A stretch of 62,348 nt of DNA, taken from NCBI GenBank assembly GCA_018334755.1, contig JAGXLI010000004.1:1-62348 (forward strand), read 5' to 3'. Both the position numbers and the translations under genes were made by a program. This document shows positions 20,043 to 33,458 of the stretch, piece by piece; position 1 is the stretch's first letter, and each line of letters opens with the position of its first letter. This stretch comes from Thermoplasmatota archaeon. Its GTDB lineage: Archaea; Thermoplasmatota; Thermoplasmata; Halarchaeoplasmatales; Halarchaeoplasmataceae. The notes beneath the pieces were generated by a model that worked only from the letters and a program-made list of their open reading frames with translations, ran no database searches and was not told where the DNA came from.

Positions 20043-20163
20043 AGCCGTACAGGGAAAGGAAATACTAAGGGACGAAAATACCTGTGATGCTAAGGTATCT
20101 TAACCTTAGTTGACCTATAGATGCAGGGAACGATGCCTTGCCGCCGCTCCCTAACGAGGGATA

Positions 20164-23100
20164 ATGATGTCAGAATTGGTACACTCAGAGAAGATGAAAG
20201 AATACTTTCAGAACTTAGAGGATGAGGCTGAGAACTGCTACGAGTTGGCCGAAAAAGCGAGGTCACTAGGATATGATCCGGAAGAAGAAGTTGAGATCCC
20301 GAGAGCCGAAGATCTGGCCTTGAGAGCCGAAGAACTTACTGAAGTGGAGAATACTGCTGAAAAGATCAGGGAACTGAGTGAAAAATACGATAGGGGGGAA
20401 GTCTCGATCAGGATCGCGAAGGAAGTCGCTTCTAGAGAAAAAGGAAGTGTTTCAGAACGTTTAGAAGATGCCATAAGGATAGGCCTGGCCGTTCTTACCG
20501 AAGGCATCTTGGTCGCTCCCCTAGAGGGTATAGGCGGTATCGAGATCAAAGATGAGGGGCAGGGCACGAATTATCTAGAACTATCTTTTGCAGGTCCCAT
20601 CCGCTCCGCAGGTGGAACCGGGCAGGCCATGACCGTTTTGATAGCCGACGTGGTAAGAAGAGAGATGGGTATAGGTGAATTTAAAGCGACCGCCGCGGAG
20701 ATACAGCGCTTCAAGGAAGAGATCCCTCTTTACAAGAAGTCTTTGGGGCTTCAATACACTCCTTCCGCTGAAGAGATCTCTCTGATAATTAAGGGCTGCC
20801 CGGTGAGTATCAGCGGGGAAGGGACCGGCAGAGAGGAGGTCTCTGGTAATAGAGATCTCCCGAGAGTCGATACAAATCAAGTCAGAGGCGGCGCTTGTCT
20901 GGTCATCGCGGAAGGTATGTGTCTGAAAGCTAAGAAGCTTAAAAAATACGTAAAAAAACTAGATATCGAGGGATGGGATTTTTTAGATGAGTATATAGAT
21001 GAATTCGCCTCTGGTAAGAAGGATTCGGGGGAAGGTGCCGAGGAAGAAGAGAAAAAGAAAGAAGTCTCTCCTAAAACAAAATACATAGAAGAGACCATAG
21101 CTGGGCGTCCAGTTTTTTCTCATCCCAGCGAAAACGGAGGCTTCAGACTGAGGTACGGCAGGACGAGATCCGAAGGACTCGCCTCGGTAGCGGTGAATCC
21201 AGCGGGGATGTATCTGACCAACGAATTCTTGGCACTGGGGACGCAGATAAAGACCGAGAGGCCAGGGAAGGCCGGCGCTATAACTCCATGTGATACCATT
21301 GAGGGGCCGACCGTTCTCTTGAAAGATGGAAGCGTTAGAAGAGTTGACTCTCCACAGGAAAGTAAGGAACTGCAGGACCAAGTCGAGGAGATCATAGACC
21401 TGGGAGAGATGCTCATCCCGTATGGGGAATTCGTAGAGAACAATCACACTCTTGTTCCAGGAGCCTACTGCCACGAGTGGTGGGTCCAGGAGATCGAAGA
21501 GGATCTGGAGGAGGACGACATCACGGCAGATAAAGCCGTAGAATTATCTAAAGAAAAAGGTTATCCACTCCATCCGGAATATGTTTATTTCTGGAATTAT
21601 GCCAGCGTGGACGAGATAAAAAGGTTGAGAGACCGTATCTCTGAAGAAGGGGATATCAAAGAAGAGGGACTCTTTTTACCTCAGGATCCCGAAATAAAAG
21701 AGATAATGGAGGAGATAGGTCTACCTCATAGAAGCGGTGAAAATCTCATCGTCGAGGAATACAGGCCTCTGCTTTTTTCATTAGGGTTAGAAGAAGAAAC
21801 ACTACAAAAGCCCAGAGACTCCGATAAAAGTGAAGTCCTCGATTATTTGAGTGAACTTGCTGGAGTCCCTATAAAAGACAAAAGTCCGACCTCGATAGGG
21901 TCTAGGATGGCGAGGCCTGAAAAAGCAAAAGAAAGAAAGATGAGTCCTCCGGTTCATGGTCTCTTTCCTCTAAGTGAGGCCGGTGGGTCAGAAAGGTTGG
22001 TTAAAAAAGCCGTAGACGAAGGGATCATTGAAGTCGAGATCAGCGCGAGAAGATGTAAAAAATGTGGTAAGAGCAGCGCCCAGATAAGATGCTCGTGCGG
22101 CGGAAGATGCGAGATCATAGATGATCCAAAAGAACAAAAGATCCCGATGAAGAACATCTACAGGGAAGCGTTAAGTACCTTAGGTGAAGGAGGCAATGTC
22201 CAGAAGATCAAAGGCGTCAAAGGATTGATCACAGAAACAAAAACTCCAGAGGCATTAGAGAAAGGGATATTGAGAGCAAAACATGGGATCTACGTCTTCA
22301 AGGATGGAACTTCAAGGTACGATATGACCGACCTTCCTATAACACATTTCAAACCTGAAGAGATAGGTTTGACAGTTTCGAAAGCGAGAAAACTGGGTTA
22401 TGAAAAAGATATCGAGGGTCAAGAACTGAAAAGTGAAGACCAGATGATCGATCTGAAGCCGCAGGACATGGTGATCTCGAAAGACGGTGGAAAATACATG
22501 GTTAAAGTGGCCGATTTCGTCGACGACCTTCTAAAGAAATATTACGACATGGACACGTATTACGATGCGGAAAGCAAGGAGGACCTGGTGGGAGAACTCG
22601 TCGTGGGTCTAGCTCCTCATACCTCCGGCGGCGTCCTTGGAAGGATAATAGGCTATCATGAAGGCAGGGCCTGCTACGCACATCCTCATTTTCATGCAGC
22701 GAAAAGACGAAACTGCGATGGTGATGAAGACTGCATCATGCTCTTACTGGACGGGCTATTGAACTTTTCTGAGGGTTTTCTACCAGAAAAACGTGGGGGA
22801 CTCATGGATGCCCCGCTGGTCATGACCACGAAGATAGACCCGTCCGAGATAGACAGCGAAGCCCACAATGTGGATACGCTCTGGGAATATCCTCTAGAAT
22901 TCTACGAGGAGACGTTGGAGTATGCCGATCCAAAAGAGGTGGGCGATCTTATAGAGACCGTGGAGGATAGATTGGGTGAAGAGGGACAGTATGAGAACTT
23001 CGGTTACACCCACGAGACCTCGGATATAGCTCAGGGCCCGAGCATGAGTAGATATACGCGCCTCGGAAAGATGACTACAAAGATGGATGCACAGTTAAAA

Positions 23101-23463
23101 GTGGCCGACATGATAAGGGCAGTTGACACAACGGACGTTGTGAGTCGGGTCATCAACGATCATTTTATCCCGGACCTGATCGGCAACCTCAATAAATTCG
23201 GTGTGCAGCAGATCAGATGTACGAAATGCAACACCAAATATCGGAGGATGCCTTTGAGCGGGAAATGTAAATGCGGCGGAAACCTTACTCTAACGATCCA
23301 CGAAGGCAGCGTCAACAAGTACCTGAACTTCTCATTGGAGATGGTCGAAAAGTACGAGGTGTCAGAATACCTTTATCAGAGGGTCAAGCAGCTGGAGAGG
23401 CAGATTGAATCACTTTTTGAAAACGATAAAGTCTCAAACCCCTCTCTAGATGAATTCTGTTAA
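20164..23463 (+). CDS. polC: DNA polymerase II (PolD) large subunit DP2, no intein
   Basis: AGPIRSAGGT, GGFRLRYGR, LAPHTSGG, KRRNCDGDED, C-terminal Zn finger. Confidence 0.98.
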   Translation: MMSELVHSEKMKEYFQNLEDEAENCYELAEKARSLGYDPEEEVEIPRAEDLALRAEELTEVENTAEKIRELSEKYDRGEVSIRIAKEVASREKGSVSERLEDAIRIGLAVLTEGILVAPLEGIGGIEIKDEGQGTNYLELSFAGPIRSAGGTGQAMTVLIADVVRREMGIGEFKATAAEIQRFKEEIPLYKKSLGLQYTPSAEEISLIIKGCPVSISGEGTGREEVSGNRDLPRVDTNQVRGGACLVIAEGMCLKAKKLKKYVKKLDIEGWDFLDEYIDEFASGKKDSGEGAEEEEKKKEVSPKTKYIEETIAGRPVFSHPSENGGFRLRYGRTRSEGLASVAVNPAGMYLTNEFLALGTQIKTERPGKAGAITPCDTIEGPTVLLKDGSVRRVDSPQESKELQDQVEEIIDLGEMLIPYGEFVENNHTLVPGAYCHEWWVQEIEEDLEEDDITADKAVELSKEKGYPLHPEYVYFWNYASVDEIKRLRDRISEEGDIKEEGLFLPQDPEIKEIMEEIGLPHRSGENLIVEEYRPLLFSLGLEEETLQKPRDSDKSEVLDYLSELAGVPIKDKSPTSIGSRMARPEKAKERKMSPPVHGLFPLSEAGGSERLVKKAVDEGIIEVEISARRCKKCGKSSAQIRCSCGGRCEIIDDPKEQKIPMKNIYREALSTLGEGGNVQKIKGVKGLITETKTPEALEKGILRAKHGIYVFKDGTSRYDMTDLPITHFKPEEIGLTVSKARKLGYEKDIEGQELKSEDQMIDLKPQDMVISKDGGKYMVKVADFVDDLLKKYYDMDTYYDAESKEDLVGELVVGLAPHTSGGVLGRIIGYHEGRACYAHPHFHAAKRRNCDGDEDCIMLLLDGLLNFSEGFLPEKRGGLMDAPLVMTTKIDPSEIDSEAHNVDTLWEYPLEFYEETLEYADPKEVGDLIETVEDRLGEEGQYENFGYTHETSDIAQGPSMSRYTRLGKMTTKMDAQLKVADMIRAVDTTDVVSRVINDHFIPDLIGNLNKFGVQQIRCTKCNTKYRRMPLSGKCKCGGNLTLTIHEGSVNKYLNFSLEMVEKYEVSEYLYQRVKQLERQIESLFENDKVSNPSLDEFC

Positions 23464-23481
23464 ATGGTTAAGGAGATTAGA

Positions 23482-24495
23482 TCAGAAGGATGTAAGGCTG
23501 GTCTGTTCTCTCTTTTTGAAACCTTCCCTGATCTTTTCTAATGCGGATTCCACCCTCGATTCGGAAAAATCTCTTTCATCGCAGAGAAATCCTTTAACGT
23601 CGCCTAGCTCATTTTTGAACTCTATAGAATAGTCGTCCGTGACTTCAGGTTTTAAAAAGAGCTTCCTTATCGTTTCGTGATTGTTTACCTCTTTATCTTT
23701 TTCTTCTAAAACCCCTTCAAGATCCCCGTATTCCTTGATATATTTCAAACCTCTCTTTGGCCCGATGCCCTTGACCCCTTCGTTGTAGTCGGTCCCGCAG
23801 AGTATACTTATATCGATCAGCTGCTCGCGGGTGATGTCTAGTTCTTCTAAGATATCGTCCAATATCATCAATTCCGGGCTTATCTTCTTATATTCGTCCG
23901 AGCCTGGGAGTTTTCTTTTGCCGGTGATGGTCAAATTTTTTACCAATCTAGGCGCGCCGCATAACAGAGAATCGTAATCTTGACCGCCGACTGCCCAGGC
24001 ATCTCCTTTTTTGACCATGTGCGCCGCCTGACTTTCGCCCTCGGCTGGAGCCTGTATCCACGGGATTGAAAGAAGGTTGAGCAATCTTTTACTGCTCTCC
24101 TCTATCTCATCGCTGATCCTGGAGGTCTGCTGAGCTTTCATCCTCGCTTTCTTCATGTCTCCTTCTTCCAGGGCCTCTTCGTACTCCTCTTTCGCCTCCT
24201 CTTTCCTCTCCTTTCTCTTCTCTAATGTTCCCTCTTTCATTATATCTGGAGTTCCATCGAAAACATAAACGAGTTTTATCCCCTTCTCTATCAGATTCGC
24301 GTTCCTGTACAGTAGACCGGAAAGGTGAGACGTCACGCGGCCCTTTGAATCTTTCAGAGGTTGGCCGTCACGCTGTCTGATACTGGATAGGAATTGGTAG
24401 ATTATATTGTAGGCGTCGATGGCTATGGTCTTATCTTCTAGATCTTCGAAGTCGATCTCTTCACTTTTTATTATGTCGCTTATGTCTACACCCAT
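23482..24495 (-). CDS. fen: Flap endonuclease 1
   Basis: MGV start, AIDAYN, YQFLSSIRQ, EGESQA, QDYD, GTDYNEGVKGIGPK, C-terminal PIP box QTSLTSF. Confidence 0.97.
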   Translation of the reverse strand: MGVDISDIIKSEEIDFEDLEDKTIAIDAYNIIYQFLSSIRQRDGQPLKDSKGRVTSHLSGLLYRNANLIEKGIKLVYVFDGTPDIMKEGTLEKRKERKEEAKEEYEEALEEGDMKKARMKAQQTSRISDEIEESSKRLLNLLSIPWIQAPAEGESQAAHMVKKGDAWAVGGQDYDSLLCGAPRLVKNLTITGKRKLPGSDEYKKISPELMILDDILEELDITREQLIDISILCGTDYNEGVKGIGPKRGLKYIKEYGDLEGVLEEKDKEVNNHETIRKLFLKPEVTDDYSIEFKNELGDVKGFLCDERDFSESRVESALEKIREGFKKREQTSLTSF

Positions 24496-24523
24496 ATCGA
24501 TCCTGTTCCGATCAAGTTCTGAT

Positions 24524-25231
24524 CTAAAATATCGTTCCGTCTACCTGGACATCGATACCGCTGTCCGTGATGACGAAAGGTTTCATCTTTCTCGAGTGGT
24601 CGATCCTTCTCATCTTCTTGACCTGGATGCTCAGCTGTACATCTCCTGTATCGGTCTGGTTATATCTCAACAGTATGACTCCATCGGCCGTATATTCTAT
24701 CAGACCGTCTCTAGAACTCTCCGGGTTTTCATCCTTCACTTCCGCTGTCAGGAGAGCGGTGGTTCCCGTATCTTTGATCATCTTGGTCAATGCGAAGAGT
24801 TGATCCCTTTTTTCTTCAGGATCATCGGCCAACATGTTCAAAAGAGACACGGAGTCGATGGCGATCCTTTCCGCATCGAAGTTCTTTATGAATTTTGGAA
24901 GATCACTTTTGATCCTCTGTATCGTGGCCTCGGCATCGGCCGGGATCAATTTTTCTACAGCCAATTGATCGTCCTCTATATATGGCTCAAAGTCCCACCC
25001 GTAAGAGAGGCCGGTTTCGATCATCGCATCTTTGTCTTCCTCTAAAGTGATGAATATTCCGGATTCGCCCTGCTGGAGGCCCTCCCATATGTATTGGAGG
25101 GAAAAAGTTGTCTTTCCGGTCCCGAAAGCGCCCATGACAGTGAAAACATGGCCCTCTGGTATCCCGCCCTTCAATAACTCATCCAAACCGTCGATCCCGG
25201 TCTTTATCCTTCTCACATTTTTGTCAGTCAA
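24524..25231 (-). CDS. KaiC/RAD55-family ATPase (single domain)
   Basis: TGIDGLD..GGIP, GAFGTGKT, ITLEE, IAIDS, KMR; TTG start. Confidence 0.9.
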   Translation of the reverse strand: MTDKNVRRIKTGIDGLDELLKGGIPEGHVFTVMGAFGTGKTTFSLQYIWEGLQQGESGIFITLEEDKDAMIETGLSYGWDFEPYIEDDQLAVEKLIPADAEATIQRIKSDLPKFIKNFDAERIAIDSVSLLNMLADDPEEKRDQLFALTKMIKDTGTTALLTAEVKDENPESSRDGLIEYTADGVILLRYNQTDTGDVQLSIQVKKMRRIDHSRKMKPFVITDSGIDVQVDGTIF

Positions 25232-25255
25232 ACTAACACCTCGTCTACATCCATC

Positions 25256-26086
25256 TTAAATTATCCTCTCGTAATTTATTACCACATAACCTTCATAATC
25301 GGTCACTTCAGCTGTGAAGCGTGCGATCTTTTGCCGTTTGAGATGTGGGAGAACGCTCATGAATTTATCCACAATCAAGTATCTCTGCCTTTGAGAGACA
25401 CGGGGGTTGTCAGACCATTTGAAGGAGAAAACGCCGTCCACGCTGTCGATTATATGGTATTCCAAGCCCTCATCCACAATATCTTTTGAAAGCAGTAGAT
25501 ACGCCACCCCGCCCCATTTCTTGGAAGCTCTCCTCATCCCCTTTATTATAGTCACCAACTTGTCGTTGTCTATCGAGGAGTTGGTCAAGAGATCGGTTAA
25601 AGAATCTATCACCACCATGTTTCCTTCCGCATTCTCTTCCAGAAAATCAACTAGAGACTCTAAAAGATCAGTGTCGCTCTTGTCCGAGAATAGATTGTCT
25701 TCTCCATCGCCGGACCATCCGGGAGGAACCATCGTCCTCTGAAAGTACTCCTTGGAGAGATCCTTGAAATTCACGCTCTCTTCGATGGTTTCGTAATAAT
25801 GCTCGTCGAAAGAGGTCTTGACTTCCTCCAAGATATCTTCTCTAGCCCTCGAAAAGGTGATATAGTGGATATCTCCCGGGAGTTTAGAATCCTTACACTC
25901 GTCTCCCAGGACCGTTGGAGCGTCCTCTGGCTTATTCTTTGCTCTCAATAACTTCGCGGAAGAAGTATAGAGATATTCTAAACCTCCGGCTCCGATCTCC
26001 GTGAATAGAAGAACGACGGAACCTGCGGGAACACCGCCTTCGATTATCGCATCCAAGTCACTGATTCCAGTAGGTATCTTCTTCAT
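25256..26086 (-). CDS. RAD55/KaiC-like protein with degenerate Walker A
   Basis: PTGISDLD..GGVP, TEIGAGGLE (no GK[ST]), VVIDSLTD, DSVDGV. Confidence 0.8.
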   Translation of the reverse strand: MKKIPTGISDLDAIIEGGVPAGSVVLLFTEIGAGGLEYLYTSSAKLLRAKNKPEDAPTVLGDECKDSKLPGDIHYITFSRAREDILEEVKTSFDEHYYETIEESVNFKDLSKEYFQRTMVPPGWSGDGEDNLFSDKSDTDLLESLVDFLEENAEGNMVVIDSLTDLLTNSSIDNDKLVTIIKGMRRASKKWGGVAYLLLSKDIVDEGLEYHIIDSVDGVFSFKWSDNPRVSQRQRYLIVDKFMSVLPHLKRQKIARFTAEVTDYEGYVVINYERII

Positions 26087-26425
26087 ACATCTAACACCGT
26101 CGGACTTTTGTCAGACAAAGTGGTCTAAATATCTATGTGAAAACTCACTCTTATAGTTTACCACTTGATCTTAGATGATAGGGTAAGTATAAAGAAAGAT
26201 AATGCGGATAATATAGCAATAGTAGTATACCCAAAGAGGTTCCAAAACCCTTTTATAGATGGTTCCGTTCTATTCCATTTCCCATGCGGAAGCCGGATGG
26301 TTTCCGCTTGAGGAAAACAGATTTAAATAGTTCGAACGCACTGTGTTTATAATGCACTCGGCGACATGAAAAAGGGTTGTCGAGGAAGGGTATAGGATCG
26401 ATTTGATCCGATGATTACCAATCAT

Positions 26426-26456
26426 ACGCAGACCTGGATGTGTACCAGACTGAAAG
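26426..26456 (+). other. 5' arm of the 23S pre-rRNA processing stem with bulge-helix-bulge
   Basis: acgcagacctg-gatg-TGT-accagactgaaag pairs with 29400-29430. Confidence 0.9.
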
Positions 26457-26464
26457 TAATTGTT

Positions 26465-29393
<2,929 letters not shown>

Positions 29394-29399
29394 GCTTAG

Positions 29400-29430
29400 C
29401 TTTCAGTCTGGTCATCTGACAGGTCTGCGT
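29400..29430 (+). other. 3' arm of the 23S processing stem (BHB)
   Basis: ctttcagtctggt-catc-TGA-caggtctgcgt, complementary to 26426-26456 with two 3-nt bulges around a 4-bp helix. Confidence 0.9.
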
Positions 29431-29557
29431 GTGGATATTGCTTTTTTTATATCTGCTTTTTTTGTGTGAGCTTAGCGTCTGTGCTGATAGAGTGGGAATT
29501 CAGAGCAGGATAGACAGAAAGGTTATATGTTTATGTTTAACTAGTGTCGGGATAATT

Positions 29558-29998
29558 ATGTCTACAGAGAAAAATCTTGAATTGATGCGTGAGTTTGTTG
29601 ACTCTATAGAGGAGAAGGACATAGAAGAGACATTATCTTTTTGTACGGAGAACATAAGATTTGTGACTCCTTTTGGCACCTTCGAAGGAAAAGAAGAAGT
29701 CAGGCGTCTTCTTGAGTGGTTGTCGAGGAATCTTCAAGACATGAAGTATACGGAAACTGGAGCTGGCATATTTGGGGAAGGGGATAAAGCTGCATATGAG
29801 CATACTCTCACCGGCAAATATGATGGTGCAGAGATCGAGGTCTTAATGATATGCACCTACCAGTTCAATAACGGGAAGATAAAGGAGTTGCATTATACCA
29901 TGGACACTTTAGAACTAGCAAAGCAGGCTGCCGAGGGATTCCTGTCGGAAAGAATGGTGGGTACTATCTACAAACAAACCCGTAAGGGACTAGATTAG
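29558..29998 (+). CDS. NTF2/SnoaL-like domain protein
   Basis: FVDSIEEKDIE..F.TP.GTFEGKEEV..EGDKA..YQFNNGKIKE; start moved to ATG 29558 because the upstream part overlaps the rRNA trailer. Confidence 0.8.
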   Translation: MSTEKNLELMREFVDSIEEKDIEETLSFCTENIRFVTPFGTFEGKEEVRRLLEWLSRNLQDMKYTETGAGIFGEGDKAAYEHTLTGKYDGAEIEVLMICTYQFNNGKIKELHYTMDTLELAKQAAEGFLSERMVGTIYKQTRKGLD

Positions 29999-30037
29999 TC
30001 TAAAATACTTTGGCTTTTCCCTATATTCGATCGCTAG

Positions 30038-30439
30038 TCATTGCAATCCAGCAGGTGTGAGTGAATCTAAAGCAAGATGTGAGATGTAACCCAGGAGGAA
30101 AAAATAAACGAACCATATTATCAGATTTGGATCGGTCAGTAGGGTGAAAAGCGAAACCGTCCATATTATGATAAAAAGATACAATAGAACTTTGCTGTGG
30201 GCAAAGGCCCTGTGCCGGCGGGAGAAAGGGGGATCCAAAATGTCAGGTATAGATCCACCGACGAGTGAAGCCGATATCATCACGAAAAAAATCTTGACTT
30301 CCATGGATAGAAAAGAGGTCAACGTAGAGCTTATGGATGGTTTAGGGGGAAGAAGAAAAGCTACATGTAGAGAATGCCAGATAAGATAACCCAGGACAGC
30401 GAAAAAGACAGCTCCGATCATATGAGTTCTTTTCTTCAT
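30038..30439 (-). CDS. Membrane metal-dependent hydrolase (YdjM/LexA-binding family)
   Basis: TH, GSIPDILD, HRAFAHS, SHLALDSLTPAG. Confidence 0.8.
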   Translation of the reverse strand: MKKRTHMIGAVFFAVLGYLIWHSLHVAFLLPPKPSISSTLTSFLSMEVKIFFVMISASLVGGSIPDILDPPFSRRHRAFAHSKVLLYLFIIIWTVSLFTLLTDPNLIIWFVYFFLLGYISHLALDSLTPAGLQ

Positions 30440-30554
30440 AGTTACTCGGGAAATCGAAGATCATTATTTAATCTTATTTCGGGGAGAGAGGTGAGCGAAA
30501 GTGGGATGATGGAAAATATTATTTAATAACCTGGATTATGGACGTGGGAGTAAG

Positions 30555-31700
30555 ATGCAGGAAAAGGATCGATCTGAAGACGAATTCACCGTAACGCCCT
30601 GGGAAGTCGAGGGCGACATAGATTACGAGAAGTTGATAGAGAAGTTCGGTACCGAAAGCGTGGATGAGGAACTGTTGGATAGGATAGAAGATGTGGTAGG
30701 AGAGACCCATTTCATGCTGAGAAGGGGTATATTCTACTCACATAGAGACCTAGATAGGATCCTCGACGAATACGAAGATGGTAACAGATTCGCTCTATAC
30801 ACGGGTAGAGGTCCTTCCGGTCACACTCACGTAGGACATCTGATGCCCTGGATATTTGCAAAATGGATGCAGGACAAGTTCGATGTCGAGCTTTACTTCC
30901 AGCTGACCGACGACGAGAAATTTCTGTTCAATTTCGACAGTACGTTGGAAGAGACTCATTCTTATGCTTTAGAAAATGCTAAGGACATAATCGCGCTGGG
31001 CTTCGATCCTGAAAAGACACATATATTTATCGATACTGATTTTATCCATGAACTTTATCCACTTGCGTTGAAAGTAGGAAAGAGATTGAATTTTTCCAAC
31101 GTGAAGGCGGTCTTCGGTTTCGATAATTCGACCAATGTGGGCAGTATATTCTATACGGCCATACAATCGGCTCCCTGCTTTTTACCGAGCGAACTGGAAG
31201 ATGAAGATATCCCGGTTCTGATACCCTGCGGGATAGACCAGGACCCCCATTTTAGATTGACGAGAGATATAGCCGAGACGATAGGATATCTGAAACCCGC
31301 ACTGCTTCACAACAAGCTGGCCCCTTCCTTAGACGGCAGTGGAAAGATGTCGGCCAGTCGGCCCAAAACCACTATATTTACTACGGATGAGGGTGAAGAT
31401 GTGGATAGGAAGATAAACGAAGCTTTCACCGGCGGCAGGGTCTCTGCCGAGGAACAGAGAAAGAAAGGCGGCGATCCAGATATCTGCGCGATACAAAATT
31501 ACAGGTATTTCATATTCGAAGAAGACGATGAGAAAGTTTCTGACCTCGCAGAGAGATGTAAAGAAGGAGATATCCTCTGCGGGGAATGTAAGCAGATCTT
31601 AAAAGAGAATCTCAAGGAATTTTTATCTAAACATCAAAAAAGAAGAAAAGAAGCTGAAGAGAAGTTGGACCAGTTCCTGATGAGCGGGTATGAGGACTAA
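30555..31700 (+). CDS. trpS: Tryptophan--tRNA ligase
   Basis: VTPWEVEG, YTGRGPS, HVGH, TDDEKF, GIDQDPHFR, KMSAS. Confidence 0.97.
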   Translation: MQEKDRSEDEFTVTPWEVEGDIDYEKLIEKFGTESVDEELLDRIEDVVGETHFMLRRGIFYSHRDLDRILDEYEDGNRFALYTGRGPSGHTHVGHLMPWIFAKWMQDKFDVELYFQLTDDEKFLFNFDSTLEETHSYALENAKDIIALGFDPEKTHIFIDTDFIHELYPLALKVGKRLNFSNVKAVFGFDNSTNVGSIFYTAIQSAPCFLPSELEDEDIPVLIPCGIDQDPHFRLTRDIAETIGYLKPALLHNKLAPSLDGSGKMSASRPKTTIFTTDEGEDVDRKINEAFTGGRVSAEEQRKKGGDPDICAIQNYRYFIFEEDDEKVSDLAERCKEGDILCGECKQILKENLKEFLSKHQKRRKEAEEKLDQFLMSGYED

Positions 31701-33031
31701 AAGTTCAGATTCCCGGAGTCCAGCTGTTTTTTGATCTGTTTCCTCATCTTCCGGTTACCGGAGAAGCCTTTGATGGCTTTTTTGGTCTTCTTGTAATGCG
31801 AGAGAAGTTCCCGGATATCGTTTGGACTCTTCCCGCAACCTCTCGCTACCCTCCGGATACGGTCTCCTTTTATTTTGTTCGGGTTCTCCATCTCTTCCTC
31901 CGTCATGCTGTCCATTATTATCCTGAAATCGTCTAATTTCCTCTGCGTCGACATGATCTCGTCTTCAGATATCGTGCTCGGCCCCATCGGGAGCATATCT
32001 ACTATTTTTTGAAGCGGGCCGACACCTGTCAACATCTCCATCTGCTCGTACATGTCTTTCAGGTCGAAATCACCTGCGAGCATCTTCTTCGCGGTTTCCT
32101 CCGCTTTTTCCTCATCCACGACTTCTTCTGCCTTTTCCAGCAGCTTTTCTATGTCCCCCATGCCGAGTAATCTAGAAGTGAAACTCTTCGGCTCGAACTT
32201 TTCTAGGTCTCTGATACGCTCTCCGTTACCTATGAAAGCCACGGGAGCGTCGGTCTCTGCAACGGCACTTAATGCACCGCCTCCTTTAGCCGAACCGTCC
32301 ATCTTGGTGATTATCGTTTTGGTGACTCCCACCGCTTCGTGGAAAGCCTTTGCTTGAGGTCCGGCCTGCTGACCTATGGAGGCGTCTACGGTCAAGATGA
32401 CCTCATCCGGTTCCGCGATATTTTTGATCAGTTTTATCTCATTGATCAATTCGTCTTCCAGCGAATGTCTACCCGCCGTATCTATTATCAGAACGTCGTA
32501 GTTATCGAATTCCTGCATACCCTCTCTTACGACCTTCGGTGCTTTCTCTGCATCTGGGTCTCCGGAAACAGGTACTCCGGCATCTTCAGCTACCTGTTCC
32601 AATTGATCGTATGCCGCGGGCCTGTGAGTGTCTCCAGCGATCAGAGCCGTGTTTAGGCCTCTCTTCTGAAAGTAAGCAGCTAATTTACCACAGGTGGTGG
32701 TCTTTCCCATCCCGTATAGGCCGACCATCATGATGACCTGCGGTTTAAGATCTAATTCCACTCCATCCCCCATGATCTTCACGAATTCTTCGTGGATGAT
32801 CCGGATAAGATGTTCCCTGGAACTTATCTCCGAAGAAGGCTTCTCGGTCAGTCCTCTCTCTTTTATCTTTTCTGTCAATTCGAGCGCTAATTGTACTTCT
32901 ATATCAGCCTCTATCATAGCTCTCTGGATGTCTTTACTCACTTCTTTGACCAGGTCTTTATCGACGTGACTCGCGTTGGTGACCTTTTTTACTGCATTCC
33001 GTAACCCGTCCTTCAGATTCTCGAAAGCCAT
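31697..33031 (-). CDS. srp54: Signal recognition particle protein SRP54
   Basis: GLYGMGKTT, DTHRPAA, DTAGRH, TKMDGSAKGGG, RLLGMGD, M domain IMDSMT. Confidence 0.97.
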   Translation of the reverse strand: MAFENLKDGLRNAVKKVTNASHVDKDLVKEVSKDIQRAMIEADIEVQLALELTEKIKERGLTEKPSSEISSREHLIRIIHEEFVKIMGDGVELDLKPQVIMMVGLYGMGKTTTCGKLAAYFQKRGLNTALIAGDTHRPAAYDQLEQVAEDAGVPVSGDPDAEKAPKVVREGMQEFDNYDVLIIDTAGRHSLEDELINEIKLIKNIAEPDEVILTVDASIGQQAGPQAKAFHEAVGVTKTIITKMDGSAKGGGALSAVAETDAPVAFIGNGERIRDLEKFEPKSFTSRLLGMGDIEKLLEKAEEVVDEEKAEETAKKMLAGDFDLKDMYEQMEMLTGVGPLQKIVDMLPMGPSTISEDEIMSTQRKLDDFRIIMDSMTEEEMENPNKIKGDRIRRVARGCGKSPNDIRELLSHYKKTKKAIKGFSGNRKMRKQIKKQLDSGNLNF

Positions 33032-33392
33032 GGGGTAATGAATCGGTGGTAAGCATTATTAATATTTTTGGTCGGAGGACCTATGAAGATTTCAAACCGC
33101 ATGGTGAGAGGATGTGGCTAGTCCTACCTGACGGGAACAGATCGACATCCGATGAGGGAGAAATGGAGTGAGAGGTCATAGGATCTGGATCAATCATCAA
33201 ATCTCGCATTGCTATTGAAAAGGCCATTCGTCCCGCCACGAGCGTTACCATGCTCACGCTGACGGATAGCATTCACTTCTATTTGGTTAAGGAAACGAGA
33301 TTCGCAACCTATAAAAAGTAGGAGCAATATATCCGGTATAAACACCCTGATATAACTCTATAAAGGACCAAAAGTTCTCCTGGTCCCGGGGC

Positions 33393-33408
33393 AAAACATT
33401 TTATATAA
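33393..33408 (+). promoter_or_regulatory. Putative BRE/TATA promoter of the ftsZ operon
   Basis: aaaacattttatataa about 50 bp upstream of the ftsZ start. Confidence 0.5.
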
Positions 33409-33458
33409 GGGGTTATTGATTGTGTTACTGTAATTATCTCCAAATGGAGTGTGTATTT

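Noticed and set aside
22700-22735. Intein in polC
   Set aside because: KRRNCDGDED is uninterrupted and the protein length is normal
24419-25045. Long antisense or alternative-frame ORFs (also 33785-34495, 52933-53415, 58366-58842)
   Set aside because: Shadows of well-supported genes with Ser/Phe-rich antisense composition
33032-33458. ~430-bp srp54/ftsZ gap as SRP RNA, RNase P RNA or small ORFs
   Set aside because: No SRP helix-8 or RNase P signature seen; the short ORFs have no recognisable features
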